Shown here piece by piece: positions 32,906 to 44,309 of a DNA stretch of 64,000 nucleotides. A program made the translations under genes and the position numbers. The stretch comes from Calditrichia bacterium (GTDB lineage: Bacteria > Calditrichota > Calditrichia > JAJRVZ01). Each line of letters opens with the position of its first letter. The stretch's first letter is position 1. The DNA lies in contig CAWCNS010000005.1 in NCBI GenBank assembly GCA_963796965.1, positions 416,001 through 480,000 of the forward strand. Direction: 5' to 3'. The notes under the pieces were generated by a model. The model ran no database searches. It saw nothing but the letters and a program-made list of their open reading frames with translations, and was not told the DNA's origin.

Positions 32906-35289
32906 TCAAATGTCTATATCACCATACTTCTTTAAATTCTCTTCATATATTTCTTTATGTTTTGCCAGTATTTCTTGGAAACGAGGATCACTACGAACAA
33001 GGTGGTAGTCAGGGTCTTTTTTTAATGAGTGATAAATAGACAATGCCTCAAAATAATTCTCATATTTTATAAAATTATTAAAAAACTCATCTTTCATACC
33101 TAACCAAGCATATAGATTGGCAATGAATGTTCCATTATAAGTTTCGAGTGCTTTTTCTTTTTCTCCATCTATTGCGTATAAAATTGCTCTCGGTAAATTA
33201 ACCCATTCGAAATCAGGATTATATTTTTCATTGTGCTTACATATTTTATCAGCCTCATCATATTTCTCCAAGCGAATTAGAAAATATGTGTACATTAATA
33301 ATAATGGTGCATAATTCTCATCAATTGCCATTGCCTTTTTAAAGTCTTTCTCTGCATTCGTATATTTTCCCATATAAGAATAGCAACGAGCACGCTGTAC
33401 ATACCACCATTTATTCAATGGATCAGCCTCAATTGCCAGACTAAAATATTTTATAGCCTAAATTTATCAGACCTCTATCCATATAAAATTGAGATAAATT
33501 TTCAATTGAACTTGAAGAATTAGGATTTAACTGGATGGCTGTTTTCCTGCACTCAAATTCTTCTTCAAGTTCCCTCTTCGCTCTATGTACAAAACCTTTA
33601 GCATCCTGTACTTCAGAATAATTCGGATCGATTTCCAGTGCTTTTTTTAAAAATTTCTCTTGTAATTTTAAATACTCATCCTTTTCTTCATCTGTTTCTG
33701 CATATATATTATAATAGCTATTATAGAGGTCAGTCAAATTCGCATAATAAGGAGCATAGTCCGGATCAAGTTCTATTGCCTTTAAATACAACTGTTCTGA
33801 GGTTTCAAAATCTTGCTGATCACCGCCTACTTCGATCATTTTTTTATAATGATAGAAATTTGCCTGCATAAAGTAATTATACGCTTCTATGTTAGTCGGT
33901 CTTTTAGACAATATCTCTGCTCTTTCTTCTAAGGATAACTTCCGTAATAGTTCTTCAGCAATCTTCTCTGAGATATCATCATAGATAGTAAATATGCTGT
34001 CTATTTCAAAACCATAATCATAATTGTCTGCCCACAAATGAGACCCATCTTTACTTTGCACCAATTGTGCTGTCACCCGTATTCGATCACCAAACCGACT
34101 AACACTCCCCTCCAAGATATTTGCTACGTTCAACTCTTTACCAATTTCCGGAATCTTCTTCTTAGTATCCTTATATGAAATGACAGATGTGCGGGCAATT
34201 ACTTTTAACACTTTCAATTTTGATAGATTGGTAATTATTTGCTCTGTAATTCCATCACAGAGATATTCCTGATCATTATCAGGACTAGATCGTCAAAGGG
34301 TAGAACAGCGATAGAGTTTTCCCACTCTGTTGGACTGGTTTTGTCTGCTGGTATTAGTAAATAACCTACAATGATCAGTATTAATATTAAAAAAGTGGAA
34401 GACTAAAACAAGAATTGATTTCGAAGGTTTTTTTATGGTTACGATTTTCCTGGCTGCAATTTCTGATTCTGAATCTTTCTTTTAACTAGTTCAATTCAGA
34501 TAACAGATCATCCACATGCTGATAGCGGTCTGCCGGGTCTTTTGATATACATCTGTTAACAATTCTTTCTAAATCCATTGGTATACCAGTTCTCAATCCT
34601 GTAATTGGCTCAGGTTGCTCATTAGTAATGCCATACATAACCGCCTGATCATAATCACCTTTGAACGGCAATTTCTCCGGTCAACCATCTCATAGAGGAT
34701 GACACCTAATGACCAAATATCTGATCTTGATCAACTGTCTTCTCCTTTTGCTTGTTCCGGTGACATATAGGATACTGTTCCTAAAGTAGTGACTTCTTTG
34801 TGAGTTTTGTTTGAGTTGAGAGTTTGGCTAAACCAAAATCAAGTATCTTCACAACACCGTCAGAAGTAAGCATTATATTTGCAGGTTTTATATCCCGATG
34901 AACAATATCTTTCTCATGTGCTTTAGCAAGACCCTGTGCGATTTGGATACTGATGTCGATGGCATCATCAATCGGTAATGGTTTATCTTTAATCTTTTTG
35001 TCTAATGTTTCGCCTTCATAACAAGCCATTGAAATGAACAGTTGACCATCCTCAGTCTCATCAATTTCATAGATATTGCAAATATTATTATGATCTAAAG
35101 TGCCGAGGCAGCTTTTGCTTCATGGATAAATCGTTGTTTTTCATCTTCGCTGGTGGTGAGGTGTGGTGGCAGGAATTTGAGGGCGACGGTACGATCAAGC
35201 CTCAGGTCTTGGGCTTTATAAACAATGCCCATCCCGCCTTCGCCAAGTTTCTCGATGATTTTGTAGTGAGATATAGTCTTGCCAATCAT
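32906..35289 (-). CDS. Membrane Ser/Thr kinase - TM - TolB-like - TPR receptor, copy K3 (multiple frameshifts)
   Basis: Pieces 35095-35289, 34781-35029, 34486-34671, 33441-34217 and 32906-33418 are collinear with intact K5/K6; ends [29 protein letters not shown]. Confidence 0.85.
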
Positions 35290-35411
35290 GATTTTTGTCC
35301 ACGAATTACACGAATTATCACGAATTTCTTAATACTTTTATTTTCGATTTTTTATCTCAAGACGAAAATAATATCCAATACCAGACCGTTCATTCTCGTT
35401 CTCATTCCAAA

Positions 35412-37794
35412 TCATATATCAATATCCCCATACTTCTCCAAATTCTCTTCATAGATTTCTTTATGTTTTGCCAGTATTTCTTGGAAGCGGGGATCGGAGC
35501 GTAGGTTGTCATAAAAGGTAAAGTTATTGAGGAATAAATATTTACTACTATTATTTATTTTATGTTGTTCTAGTTGATCCTGCAAAAGGCTAATTGCCTC
35601 ATCCTTCATACCTAATATTGAATAGAACCACTCTGCGGGGACATCAAACCCAGATTTAAAAGTATTGAGAGCATTCTCCTTTTGTCCTTTCACTGCATAC
35701 AAAAGTGCATACTCATCGTCCATAGTTTCGTCTGGATGATTTGTTTCCATTTGTTTTAGAACTATTTCTGCTTCATCATATCTTTTCGTCGTGAGTAACA
35801 AGACATAATAACCAAATTGAGTTCCATAATCATTTGGATCAATCTCGTATGCTTTTAGTAAATCCCTCTCGGCTTTATCATACTCCCTTAAACCGAGATG
35901 CCAATATCCTCTATCTCTATAACAAGCCTGATGTAAAGGATTTATTTCAATTGCTTTACCTAAGCATTTAATTGCTAAATTGGTACATCCACGACGAATT
36001 AAAATCATTCCGATCTCAATATAATATCGATCACTATTCGGATTGATTTTTATCGCTGTTTTCAAACTATTAAAAGCCTTTTCATATTCATTTTTAGAAT
36101 GATGTATGCAGCCTTTTGCATAATTGACCTCTGCTGAATTTGGATCAAGTTGATAGGCGGTGTCGATATATGCTTCCTGCAATTGCATATATTCACTCTT
36201 TTCACTTGACGTATCAGGAAGAATCCTGTAATAGGTGTTATACAAATCAGCCAAACTGGCATAGGAATCTGAAAATTTTGGGTCGAGTTTTATTGCTTGC
36301 TTAAACATTTTTTCTGATGCTAAAAAATCTTCTATTATATTACTGGAAAAGAATTTATTATAATGAAAATACCTGCCTTTCATGTAGTATTCATATGCTT
36401 CAGTACTACTCGGTCTGTTTGTTTTAATGGTTTGCTTTTCTTCGGAGATAAGGTCTTCAATAATGCAGATGCTATTTTCTCAGAGATATCATCCTGTATG
36501 TCAAAGATATCTTCCAAGTTTCGTTCATAATCATCCGCCCACAGGTGAGCGTGGCTTGATGTACTAATCAATTGTGCTGTTACACGGATACGATCACCTG
36601 CTTTAAATATACTTCCCTCAAGCACATTTTGTACTTGTAACTCCTGCCCTATTTCAGGAATTGTTTTTTCCGTGTTTATATACTGCATGACAGAAGTCCG
36701 TGGAATAACCTTGATAACTCTTAATCTACTAAGACTTGTCAGTATTTTATCAGTCATACCAACACAAAAATACTCCTGATCTTTATCTGGGCTTAAATCT
36801 GTAAATGGAAGCACAGCTATCGAGTTTTCCCATCCTGATGCACTCTTATCGCCCGATGGTATCAAATGAAATATCCAGCAACGATTAGTATTACAATTGA
36901 TACAATGGCTGTTGGTATGAGAATAGGTTTAAATCGCTTCCTTGGTAATTTTTCTTTGATTGGAATGCTAGTAGATTCAGATTGTCTTTTTATACACTGT
37001 AAATCCACAATTAATTCATCCACATGTTGATAACGGTTTCCGGGACTTTTTTGCAAGCACTTATTAATGATCCGTTCCAACTCCATCGGCACACCCGTTC
37101 GTAATCCTGTGACCGGCTCTTGCGTATCATTCATGATTGAATAAATAACAGCGGATTCGTATTCACCTTTAAATGGCAGCTGTCCAGTCAACATCTCATA
37201 AATAATAATGCCCAACGACCAAATATCTGTTCTGTAATCAACCTCTTCGCCTTTAGCCTGTTCAGGCGACATATAGGATACAGTACCTAAAGTAGTTGAT
37301 TCTTTAGTGAGCTTAGTTTGTGTTGAAAGCTTCGCTAATCCAAAATCAAGAACCTTGACGACACCTTCCCTCGTCAGCATTATATTAGCTGGCTTAATAT
37401 CCCGATGAACAATCTCTTTCTCATGCGCCTTAGTAAGACCCTGAGCTATTTGGATAGTGATGTCGATGGCTTCTTCTATAGGTAAGGGCTTCTTCTTTAA
37501 TCCGATCGTCTAAAGTTTCGCCTTCGTAATAGTCCATGCAAATAAAAATCTGACCGTCTTCTGTTTCATCTATTTCATGAATGGTGCATATGTTATTATG
37601 TTGAAGGGCAGAAGCGCTTTAGCTTCATGAATAAAGCGTTGTTTTTCATCTTCGTTGGTGGTCAGATGTGGTGGTAGGAATTTGAGGGCTACAAAACGAT
37701 CGAGTTTAAGGTCTTGGGCTTTGTAGATCACACCCATCCCGCCTTCGCCGAGTTTCTCGATGATTTTGTAGTGGCTAATTGTTTTGCCGATCAT
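35412..37794 (-). CDS. Membrane Ser/Thr kinase - TM - TolB-like - TPR receptor, copy K4 (frameshifted)
   Basis: Pieces 37570-37794, 36862-37380, 36380-36865 and 35412-36383; [11 protein letters not shown]-terminus [29 protein letters not shown]. Confidence 0.85.
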
Positions 37795-37882
37795 ATTCTG
37801 TGCCTAAAGTTTTTGAAAGAATCAATAGTATAAAATCAGTCTGAACGGACGATATTCAATAGAGATAGGAAGGATATATAGG

Positions 37883-37911
37883 AAACTAACTAAGATCGAC
37901 AAAAAGGGCAA
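37883..37911 (-). promoter_or_regulatory. Putative sigma70-type promoter of K4
   Basis: TTGCCC-17 bp-TAGTTT inside a ~140-bp leader nearly identical to that of K6. Confidence 0.65.
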
Positions 37912-38031
37912 GAAGAAAATTGAGAATGCTGTGGTGGAGAGATTAAATTGTGGTTTGTGTAAGTGCTTTATCTTCATCTCCCCCTCATAAAAAAAGATTC
38001 AGCCGAGGGCTTAATTGATTGTTATTTCAGA

Positions 38032-38736
38032 TTATTCAAAGTGTTTTAGATAAACGCTCTTTGGTATCATAATAATAATCTTTTTATCTTTTTGGTCGGG
38101 CAGCTTTATTTGATTTCTGAGAAGTTTGACTTCCTTATCTTTATAAGTGAATACTATATATTTCCCTTCTTCTATAAACCCTGTCTCCAGCTCAATACGT
38201 ACATACGATTTAACCTGTCTAAATTTCGAATTTTCAAGAATAGGCATCTCATCAGTTTGCAAAATATACTTACTAGTGGATTGATTCGCGACTGCTGCTC
38301 CTGTCACCAATCCAACAATGCTGCTCACGATAGCAATAGTAGCACCTGTTTCCAAATCTTCGGAGACAGTAGCACCAATAAAAAATCCAGCTAAAAAGCT
38401 TGAAGCACCACCCACAATACCCCAGAATAAAGCATATCCCGGATTTTGTACTTTGACAGTAATTTCGTTAATTGATGTTGTTTCCATTTTTTCAATAGAA
38501 TCTTCGGTAAATCCATATATCAAATCCTTCGATATAGTGGAGATAGTAACTTTCTTTTTATGACCATCTACGAATTCAAGTGTTGCTTCTTTCCCGGCAA
38601 TCTGAAAGTCCAAATCCTTGTACGCTTCATGACTATTTGGTATGAGTATAGTAGTTGAACAGGAAGCTAATAAGCCTGAACAGGCAAGTAAGGTCAATAT
38701 ATTTTTTATAAATTTCTCCATTAATCCCCCATTCAT
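38032..38736 (-). CDS. Hypothetical lipoprotein with glycine-zipper-like TM helices
   Basis: Lipobox-like LASC; 'GIVGGASSFLAGFFIGA' and 'SIVGLVTGAAV'. Confidence 0.6.
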   Translation of the reverse strand: MNGGLMEKFIKNILTLLACSGLLASCSTTILIPNSHEAYKDLDFQIAGKEATLEFVDGHKKKVTISTISKDLIYGFTEDSIEKMETTSINEITVKVQNPGYALFWGIVGGASSFLAGFFIGATVSEDLETGATIAIVSSIVGLVTGAAVANQSTSKYILQTDEMPILENSKFRQVKSYVRIELETGFIEEGKYIVFTYKDKEVKLLRNQIKLPDQKDKKIIIMIPKSVYLKHFE

Positions 38737-39003
38737 AGCAAATCACTATTTTGAAGACAAAAATGTGGCGTTGCCACAGGATTTGTAATTTAGGTACTGC
38801 TCGAAGGATATTGCGAATCACAATCTGTTGAGTTTGCCAATAGAATGATAATTACGTATGAATACAGTCATCCAATTCCTGATAAGATTATAAATTGATA
38901 TAATATAATTAACGACTTTCTGGTGGGTATTATTCTTTAGAGATTAAAAGAATGATTAACGGTGTGTTTTAATATTGCTGGAGAGTGGCACTAGCAAACA
39001 TCT

Positions 39004-39063
39004 TAATTCTTGAATATCCCCATACTTTCTGAGGTCTTCTTCATACAATTCTTTATGTTTTGC
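39004..39063 (-). pseudogene. Orphan 3'-end remnant of a further kinase-TPR paralog
   Basis: Translates AKHKELYEEDLRKYGDIQEL, matching the C-termini of K3-K6; no upstream coding sequence. Confidence 0.75.
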
Positions 39064-39210
39064 CCATATATCTGTACTAAAAGTTACGGCTAATTGAACC
39101 CAACTAAAAGACCTAATTCATATTTGAGAAACCTTAAAATTCAATAATCCCCGAAAGCGGTTATCGGACATTCCGTTTGTTGGTTTAAAAGGTGGGAGTT
39201 AAATGATAGA

Positions 39211-41583
39211 CTAATTTAATAATCCTTCAATATCACCGTATTTCTCCAAGTTGTGTTCATACAATTCTTTTTCTCTATTTAGCATAGTCTGGAATTCGGG
39301 AGTACTGCGTATATTATTATAAAATGGGGAATTTTTAAAAAAATCATATACGCTCGTTTTCCTGCTATCATCCATTTCTTCAGGATTAGTCATTATGGCA
39401 ATTGCCTCTTTCGTCATTCCCAATAGTGAGAATAGTATTAGATTACCTTCTTTATATGTGTTGAGAGCTTTTTCTTTCTCTCCCATCCCTGCATATAAAA
39501 GCGCACGTAAACGAATTTTTTCATCGGATAAAGTTAATTTGTTTAACTGTTTCTCTGCCTCAGTATATTTCTTTTTAAATAATAAGATATATAAATAAAG
39601 ATTGGGTAAGAATGGAAAATTTGGTGCAATCTCTTTTACTTTGTGATAATCTACTTCTGCTCTCTTCATTTGTCCTAAGTTAATGTGCGCAAATGACCTC
39701 GAGTAATAATATTTTGGGTATATTGGATTCAATCTAATTGCTCTGTCATAGCATTTAATAGATAATTTTGTAAGTCCTAAATCTCTAAAAAAATAGCCTA
39801 AAGCACTATACGATAAATCATTATTCACGTTGAATGCTAATGCTCTCTTTGCACTGATGAATGCCTCATCAATTTCACCTTTAGCCCAATGGATAAATGA
39901 TTTTGCATTCATGACTTCAGAAGATTTTGGATTCAATGTGATAGCCGTATCCAAATATGCTTCCTGCATTTTTAATAGTTTATCCCTTTCATGTACTGTA
40001 TGTATTGTGTCGGACGGTAAATTGTACAATGTATTGTACAGATCGGCTAAACTCGCATATGAGTCAGAAAAATTTGGATCAAGTTTTATCGCTGTTTTTA
40101 GCATACGTTCTGCAGTATTAATATATTCTTTATTAAATGTTGCCATATATTTGTTGTAGTGAAAATGCCTACCCTTCATATAATATTCATTTGCCTCAAT
40201 ACTACTCGGTCTATTGGTCTTAATGATTTTCTTTTCTTGTGGAGATAAGGTCGCTAATAATTTAATCCCAATCGCTTCCAATATTTCACCTTGAATATCA
40301 AGTATTGCTTTGTACTCTCCATGATAGTCTTCTGACCAAACCTGCACCTCATTCTCAGTTTTAATCAAATTAAGAGTTATTTTTATCTGTTTATCGAATT
40401 TTTGAATGCTACCTACAAGAACATTAATGACATCTAACTCGCTTCCAATTTCATATATTGTTTTATCTGTATTATTATACTTCTTCATTGATTGGTATGG
40501 AATAACTTTTATCCTTGACAGTCTCCCTATATTTGAAATTATTTGATCCGTCATCCCATTACTGAGCCATTCTTGGTCTCTATCAGGGCTTAAATCAGTA
40601 AATGGTAGAACCGCAATAGAGTTTTCCCATTCCAATCCACTTTTCTCATTAAGTGGTATTACAAAGTAACCTGTTATGATTAAGATGGCAATTGATAGTA
40701 TAGCTACTGGTAGCAGGACTGATTTAGATCGTTTCCTTTGTTTTATTTCTTTTGTTTGAATGCCATTGGATTCATTCTTCAGTCCTTTTAAATCCACAAT
40801 CAATTCATCTATATGCTGATATCGATCTGCCGGGCTCTTCTGAAGACATTTGTTTATTATTCGTTCTAACTCCATCGGCACACCCGTGCGTAATCCTGTG
40901 ACCGGCTCTTGCGTATCATTCATGATTGAATAAATAACAGCAGATTCGTATTCACCCTTAAATGGCAGCTGACCAGTCAACATCTCATAAATAATAATGC
41001 CCAACGACCAAATATCTGTTCTGTAATCTACCTCTTCGCCCTTAGCCTGTTCAGGGGACATATAGGATACAGTACCTAAAGTAGTTGATTCTTTAGTGAG
41101 TTTAGTTTGTGTTGAAAGCTTAGCTAATCCAAAATCAAGAACCTTGACCACACCTTCCTTCGTCAGCATTATGTTTGCTGGTTTAATATCGCGATGAACA
41201 ATCTCTTTTTCGTGAGCCTTAACAAGACCTTGTGCGATTTGGATGGTGATGTCGATGGCTTCTTCTATAGGTAAGGGCTTCTTTTGAATCCGATCGTCTA
41301 AAGTTTCGCCTTCGTAATAGTCCATGCAAATAAAAATCTGACCGTCTTCTGTTTCATCTATCTCATGAATGGCGCATATGTTATTATGTTGAAGGGCAGA
41401 AGCCGTTTTAGCTTCATGAATAAAGCGTTGTTTTTCATCATCGTTGGTGGTCAGATGTGGTGGTAGGAATTTGAGGGCTACAAAACGATCGAGATTCAGG
41501 TCTTGGGCTTTGTAGACGATGCCCATTCCGCCTTGTCCGAGTTTCTCTGTAATTTTGTAATGAGATATGGTTTTACCAATCAT
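39211..41583 (-). CDS. Membrane Ser/Thr kinase - TM - TolB-like - TPR receptor, copy K5 (intact, 790 aa)
   Basis: All Hanks-type kinase motifs present; [12 protein letters not shown]; TPRs; ATGA overlap with K6. Confidence 0.93.
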   Translation of the reverse strand: MIGKTISHYKITEKLGQGGMGIVYKAQDLNLDRFVALKFLPPHLTTNDDEKQRFIHEAKTASALQHNNICAIHEIDETEDGQIFICMDYYEGETLDDRIQKKPLPIEEAIDITIQIAQGLVKAHEKEIVHRDIKPANIMLTKEGVVKVLDFGLAKLSTQTKLTKESTTLGTVSYMSPEQAKGEEVDYRTDIWSLGIIIYEMLTGQLPFKGEYESAVIYSIMNDTQEPVTGLRTGVPMELERIINKCLQKSPADRYQHIDELIVDLKGLKNESNGIQTKEIKQRKRSKSVLLPVAILSIAILIITGYFVIPLNEKSGLEWENSIAVLPFTDLSPDRDQEWLSNGMTDQIISNIGRLSRIKVIPYQSMKKYNNTDKTIYEIGSELDVINVLVGSIQKFDKQIKITLNLIKTENEVQVWSEDYHGEYKAILDIQGEILEAIGIKLLATLSPQEKKIIKTNRPSSIEANEYYMKGRHFHYNKYMATFNKEYINTAERMLKTAIKLDPNFSDSYASLADLYNTLYNLPSDTIHTVHERDKLLKMQEAYLDTAITLNPKSSEVMNAKSFIHWAKGEIDEAFISAKRALAFNVNNDLSYSALGYFFRDLGLTKLSIKCYDRAIRLNPIYPKYYYSRSFAHINLGQMKRAEVDYHKVKEIAPNFPFLPNLYLYILLFKKKYTEAEKQLNKLTLSDEKIRLRALLYAGMGEKEKALNTYKEGNLILFSLLGMTKEAIAIMTNPEEMDDSRKTSVYDFFKNSPFYNNIRSTPEFQTMLNREKELYEHNLEKYGDIEGLLN

Positions 41584-43955
41584 ATGTCTATGTCACCATA
41601 TTTTTTGAGGTTCTCTTCATACAGTTCTTTATGTTTTGCAAGTATTTCTTGGAAGCGAGGGTCGGAGCGGATTTTGTCATAAAGGGTATCGTTCTTAAGT
41701 CTTAGAAATCTACTTAATCCTTCTTTCTTTTCTTCTTCAAACCGATCCTGCAAAATGCTGATTGCCTCTTCTTTCATTCCAAGATAAAGATACAACCTCA
41801 GATTTGGTTTAGAAAATATTTTTAGTGCCTTCTCTTTTTCTCCGTTAACTGCATATCGTAATGCTCTTAGATATATTATCCTACCAGTATCCTGACCTAC
41901 CTGTTCAAATTTTAAACTTATTTCCTTTGCTTCATTGTATTTTTTCATATCATACAATAAACGTGCATACATAGATAAAGTAAGAACATCTTTCGGATCG
42001 ATCTCCAGTACTTTCTTATAATAAATCTCCGCTTCATTTAATTGTCCCATGAAATGATTAATCATTCCAATCTGAAAATATGGCAATAGATAAAGTGGAT
42101 CTAATTCTTTTGCTTTATTATAAAATTTAATACCTTGATAATACAGTCCCCTATTAATAAAAAAGTAACCAAACTGACAAATATTATCTATATCGTTTAT
42201 ATCTAATTCGATGCTCCTTTTATAATATTGATATGCTTTTTCTATTTCACCCTTTGCCCAATAAATTGACCCCTTAACATTATTAACCCTTGCTGAATTA
42301 GAGTCTAAGATTGATGCTATCCGAATAAAGTTTTCCTGTAATTTTAAGTACTTATCTTTTTCTTCCGCAGTTCGTACTTTATAATTGTAATATGTATTAT
42401 AAAGATCAGCCAATTCTGAATAGTTTGAAACATAATTAGAATCAAGTTCTATAGCCTTTAAAAGCATATTTTCTGCAGTGTCAAAATCTTCTACATAGTG
42501 AGAAAGTAAAAATTTATTATGGAAGTAATGTCCCTTCAAGTAGAACTCATAAGCTTCCGTATTACTTGGTCTATTAGATTTTATTTTTTTCTCTTCCTCT
42601 GGAGTAAGAGCGGCTAACAAGTTTGTGGCTATTCTTTCAGATATATCATCATAAATTGCAAAAATGCTATCTACTTGGTACTCATAATCATAATGTTGCG
42701 ACCACAAATGCGCCTCATCTTCACTCCTCACTAACTGTGCATGAATCCTTATTCTATTCCCAATTTTACTGGCACTGCCTTCAAGAATATTTTCCACATT
42801 TAATTCTTTACCAATTTGAGATACGCTATTCTCGGTGTTTTTAAATTTCATAACCGATGTTCGGGCAATAACCTTTAGTTTGTTTAGATTGCCAAGATTG
42901 GTGAGTATCTCTTCAGTAACACCATCGCAAAAGAACTCTTGATCTTTTTCTGGACTTAAATCTTTAAAAGGCAAGACAGCAATCGAGCTTTCCCATCCTG
43001 TTCCGCTCATCCAGTATGGCTGTATTAAGAGATACCCAACGACTATCAACATAAGAATTGATAGAATAACTACTGAGAGTCGAACAGATTTAGATCGTTT
43101 CTTTTGTGTTTCTTCTTTGGATGTCATGCCAGTGGATTCAGATTGTTTTCTTATGCACTGTAAATCCACAATCAATTCATCAACATGCTGATATCTGGCT
43201 GCCGGGCTCTTTTTAAGGCATTTATTGATTATCCGTTCCAGTTCCATCGGTACACCGGTTCTCAACGCGGTTAGCGGCTCTTGAGGATCATTCATGATTG
43301 AATAAATCACGGCGGATTCGTATTCACCCTTAAATGGCAGCTGCCCGCATAGCATCTCATAAAGGATGACACCTAATGACCAAATATCTGTCCTATAATC
43401 AACCTCTTCACCTTTTGCCTGCTCTGGTGACATGTAGGACACAGTACCTAAAGTGGTTGATTCTTTAGTGAGTTTTGTTTGTGTTGACAACTTCGCTAGT
43501 CCAAAATCAAGTACCTTGACAACACCTTCCTTCGTCAGCATAATATTAGCCGGCTTAATATCTCTATGAACAATTTCCTTCTCGTGCGCTTTAGCAAGAC
43601 CTTGTGCAATTTGAATGGCAATGTCTATGGTTTCTTCTATTTGTAGAGGCTTTTCTTTAATTCGTTTGTCTAATGTTTCACCTTCATAACAATCCATACA
43701 GATGAATATCTGGCCATCATCCGTCTCATCAATCTCATGAATCGTACAAATGTTATTATGCTGAAGGGCAGAGGCAGCTTTGGCTTCATGAATGAAGCGT
43801 TGCTTTTCCTCTTCGCTGGTGGTGAGATGTGGTGGTAAGAATTTGAGGGCGACAAAACGATCGAGATTGAGGTCTTGAGCTTTGTAAACAATCCCCATTC
43901 CGCCTTCGCCGAGTTTTTCGGTGATTTTGTAATGAGATATAGTTTTGCCGATCAT
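41580..43955 (-). CDS. Membrane Ser/Thr kinase - TM - TolB-like - TPR receptor, copy K6 (intact, 791 aa)
   Basis: [41 protein letters not shown]; TPRs. Confidence 0.93.
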   Translation of the reverse strand: MIGKTISHYKITEKLGEGGMGIVYKAQDLNLDRFVALKFLPPHLTTSEEEKQRFIHEAKAASALQHNNICTIHEIDETDDGQIFICMDCYEGETLDKRIKEKPLQIEETIDIAIQIAQGLAKAHEKEIVHRDIKPANIMLTKEGVVKVLDFGLAKLSTQTKLTKESTTLGTVSYMSPEQAKGEEVDYRTDIWSLGVILYEMLCGQLPFKGEYESAVIYSIMNDPQEPLTALRTGVPMELERIINKCLKKSPAARYQHVDELIVDLQCIRKQSESTGMTSKEETQKKRSKSVRLSVVILSILMLIVVGYLLIQPYWMSGTGWESSIAVLPFKDLSPEKDQEFFCDGVTEEILTNLGNLNKLKVIARTSVMKFKNTENSVSQIGKELNVENILEGSASKIGNRIRIHAQLVRSEDEAHLWSQHYDYEYQVDSIFAIYDDISERIATNLLAALTPEEEKKIKSNRPSNTEAYEFYLKGHYFHNKFLLSHYVEDFDTAENMLLKAIELDSNYVSNYSELADLYNTYYNYKVRTAEEKDKYLKLQENFIRIASILDSNSARVNNVKGSIYWAKGEIEKAYQYYKRSIELDINDIDNICQFGYFFINRGLYYQGIKFYNKAKELDPLYLLPYFQIGMINHFMGQLNEAEIYYKKVLEIDPKDVLTLSMYARLLYDMKKYNEAKEISLKFEQVGQDTGRIIYLRALRYAVNGEKEKALKIFSKPNLRLYLYLGMKEEAISILQDRFEEEKKEGLSRFLRLKNDTLYDKIRSDPRFQEILAKHKELYEENLKKYGDIDI

Positions 43956-44043
43956 GTGCTGTGCCTAAAGTTGTAGAAAGAATCAATAATATAAAATCAG
44001 TCAGAACGAACGATGCTCAATAGAAATAGGAAGGATATATAGG

Positions 44044-44072
44044 AAACTAACTAAGATCGACAAAAAGGGCAA
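44044..44072 (-). promoter_or_regulatory. Putative sigma70-type promoter of K6
   Basis: TTGCCC-TTTTTGTCGATCTTAGT-TAGTTT, identical to the K4 motif. Confidence 0.65.
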
Positions 44073-44161
44073 GAAGAAAATGGAGAATGCTGTGATGGGG
44101 CGATAATTATTATCGGGAATTTGTTTAGAAATTAGATATTAGAATTTAGGATTTAAAAGAG

Positions 44162-44234
44162 TAGCGCGTACGGGATTCGAACCCGTGTTACCGGCGTGAG
44201 AGGCCAGCGTCCTAAACCCCTAGACGAACGCGCC
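44162..44234 (-). tRNA. tRNA-Glu (anticodon CTC), CCA not encoded
   Basis: GGCGCGTTCGTCTAGGGGTTTAGGACGCTGGCCTCTCACGCCGGTAACACGGGTTCGAATCCCGTACGCGCTA folds as a cloverleaf with a GTTCGAATC T-loop. Confidence 0.95.
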
Positions 44235-44309
44235 CTTTTAAGAAAAAAGACAAAAGAAATAAGAAAAAGCTTTTTGTCTTTAATCTTTTTTCTTTTGTCT
44301 TAAAACAAG

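Noticed and set aside
38765..38845. c-di-GMP-I riboswitch upstream of the lipoprotein (GGCAAAC on the minus strand)
   Set aside because: The GNRA tetraloop/receptor and P2/P3 consensus could not be found.
25507..43955. Diversity-generating retroelement acting on the kinase C-termini, with the 39004-39063 remnant as template repeat
   Set aside because: No reverse transcriptase or Avd gene in the window; differences among copies are not adenine-restricted; the matching block is the conserved part, not the variable part.
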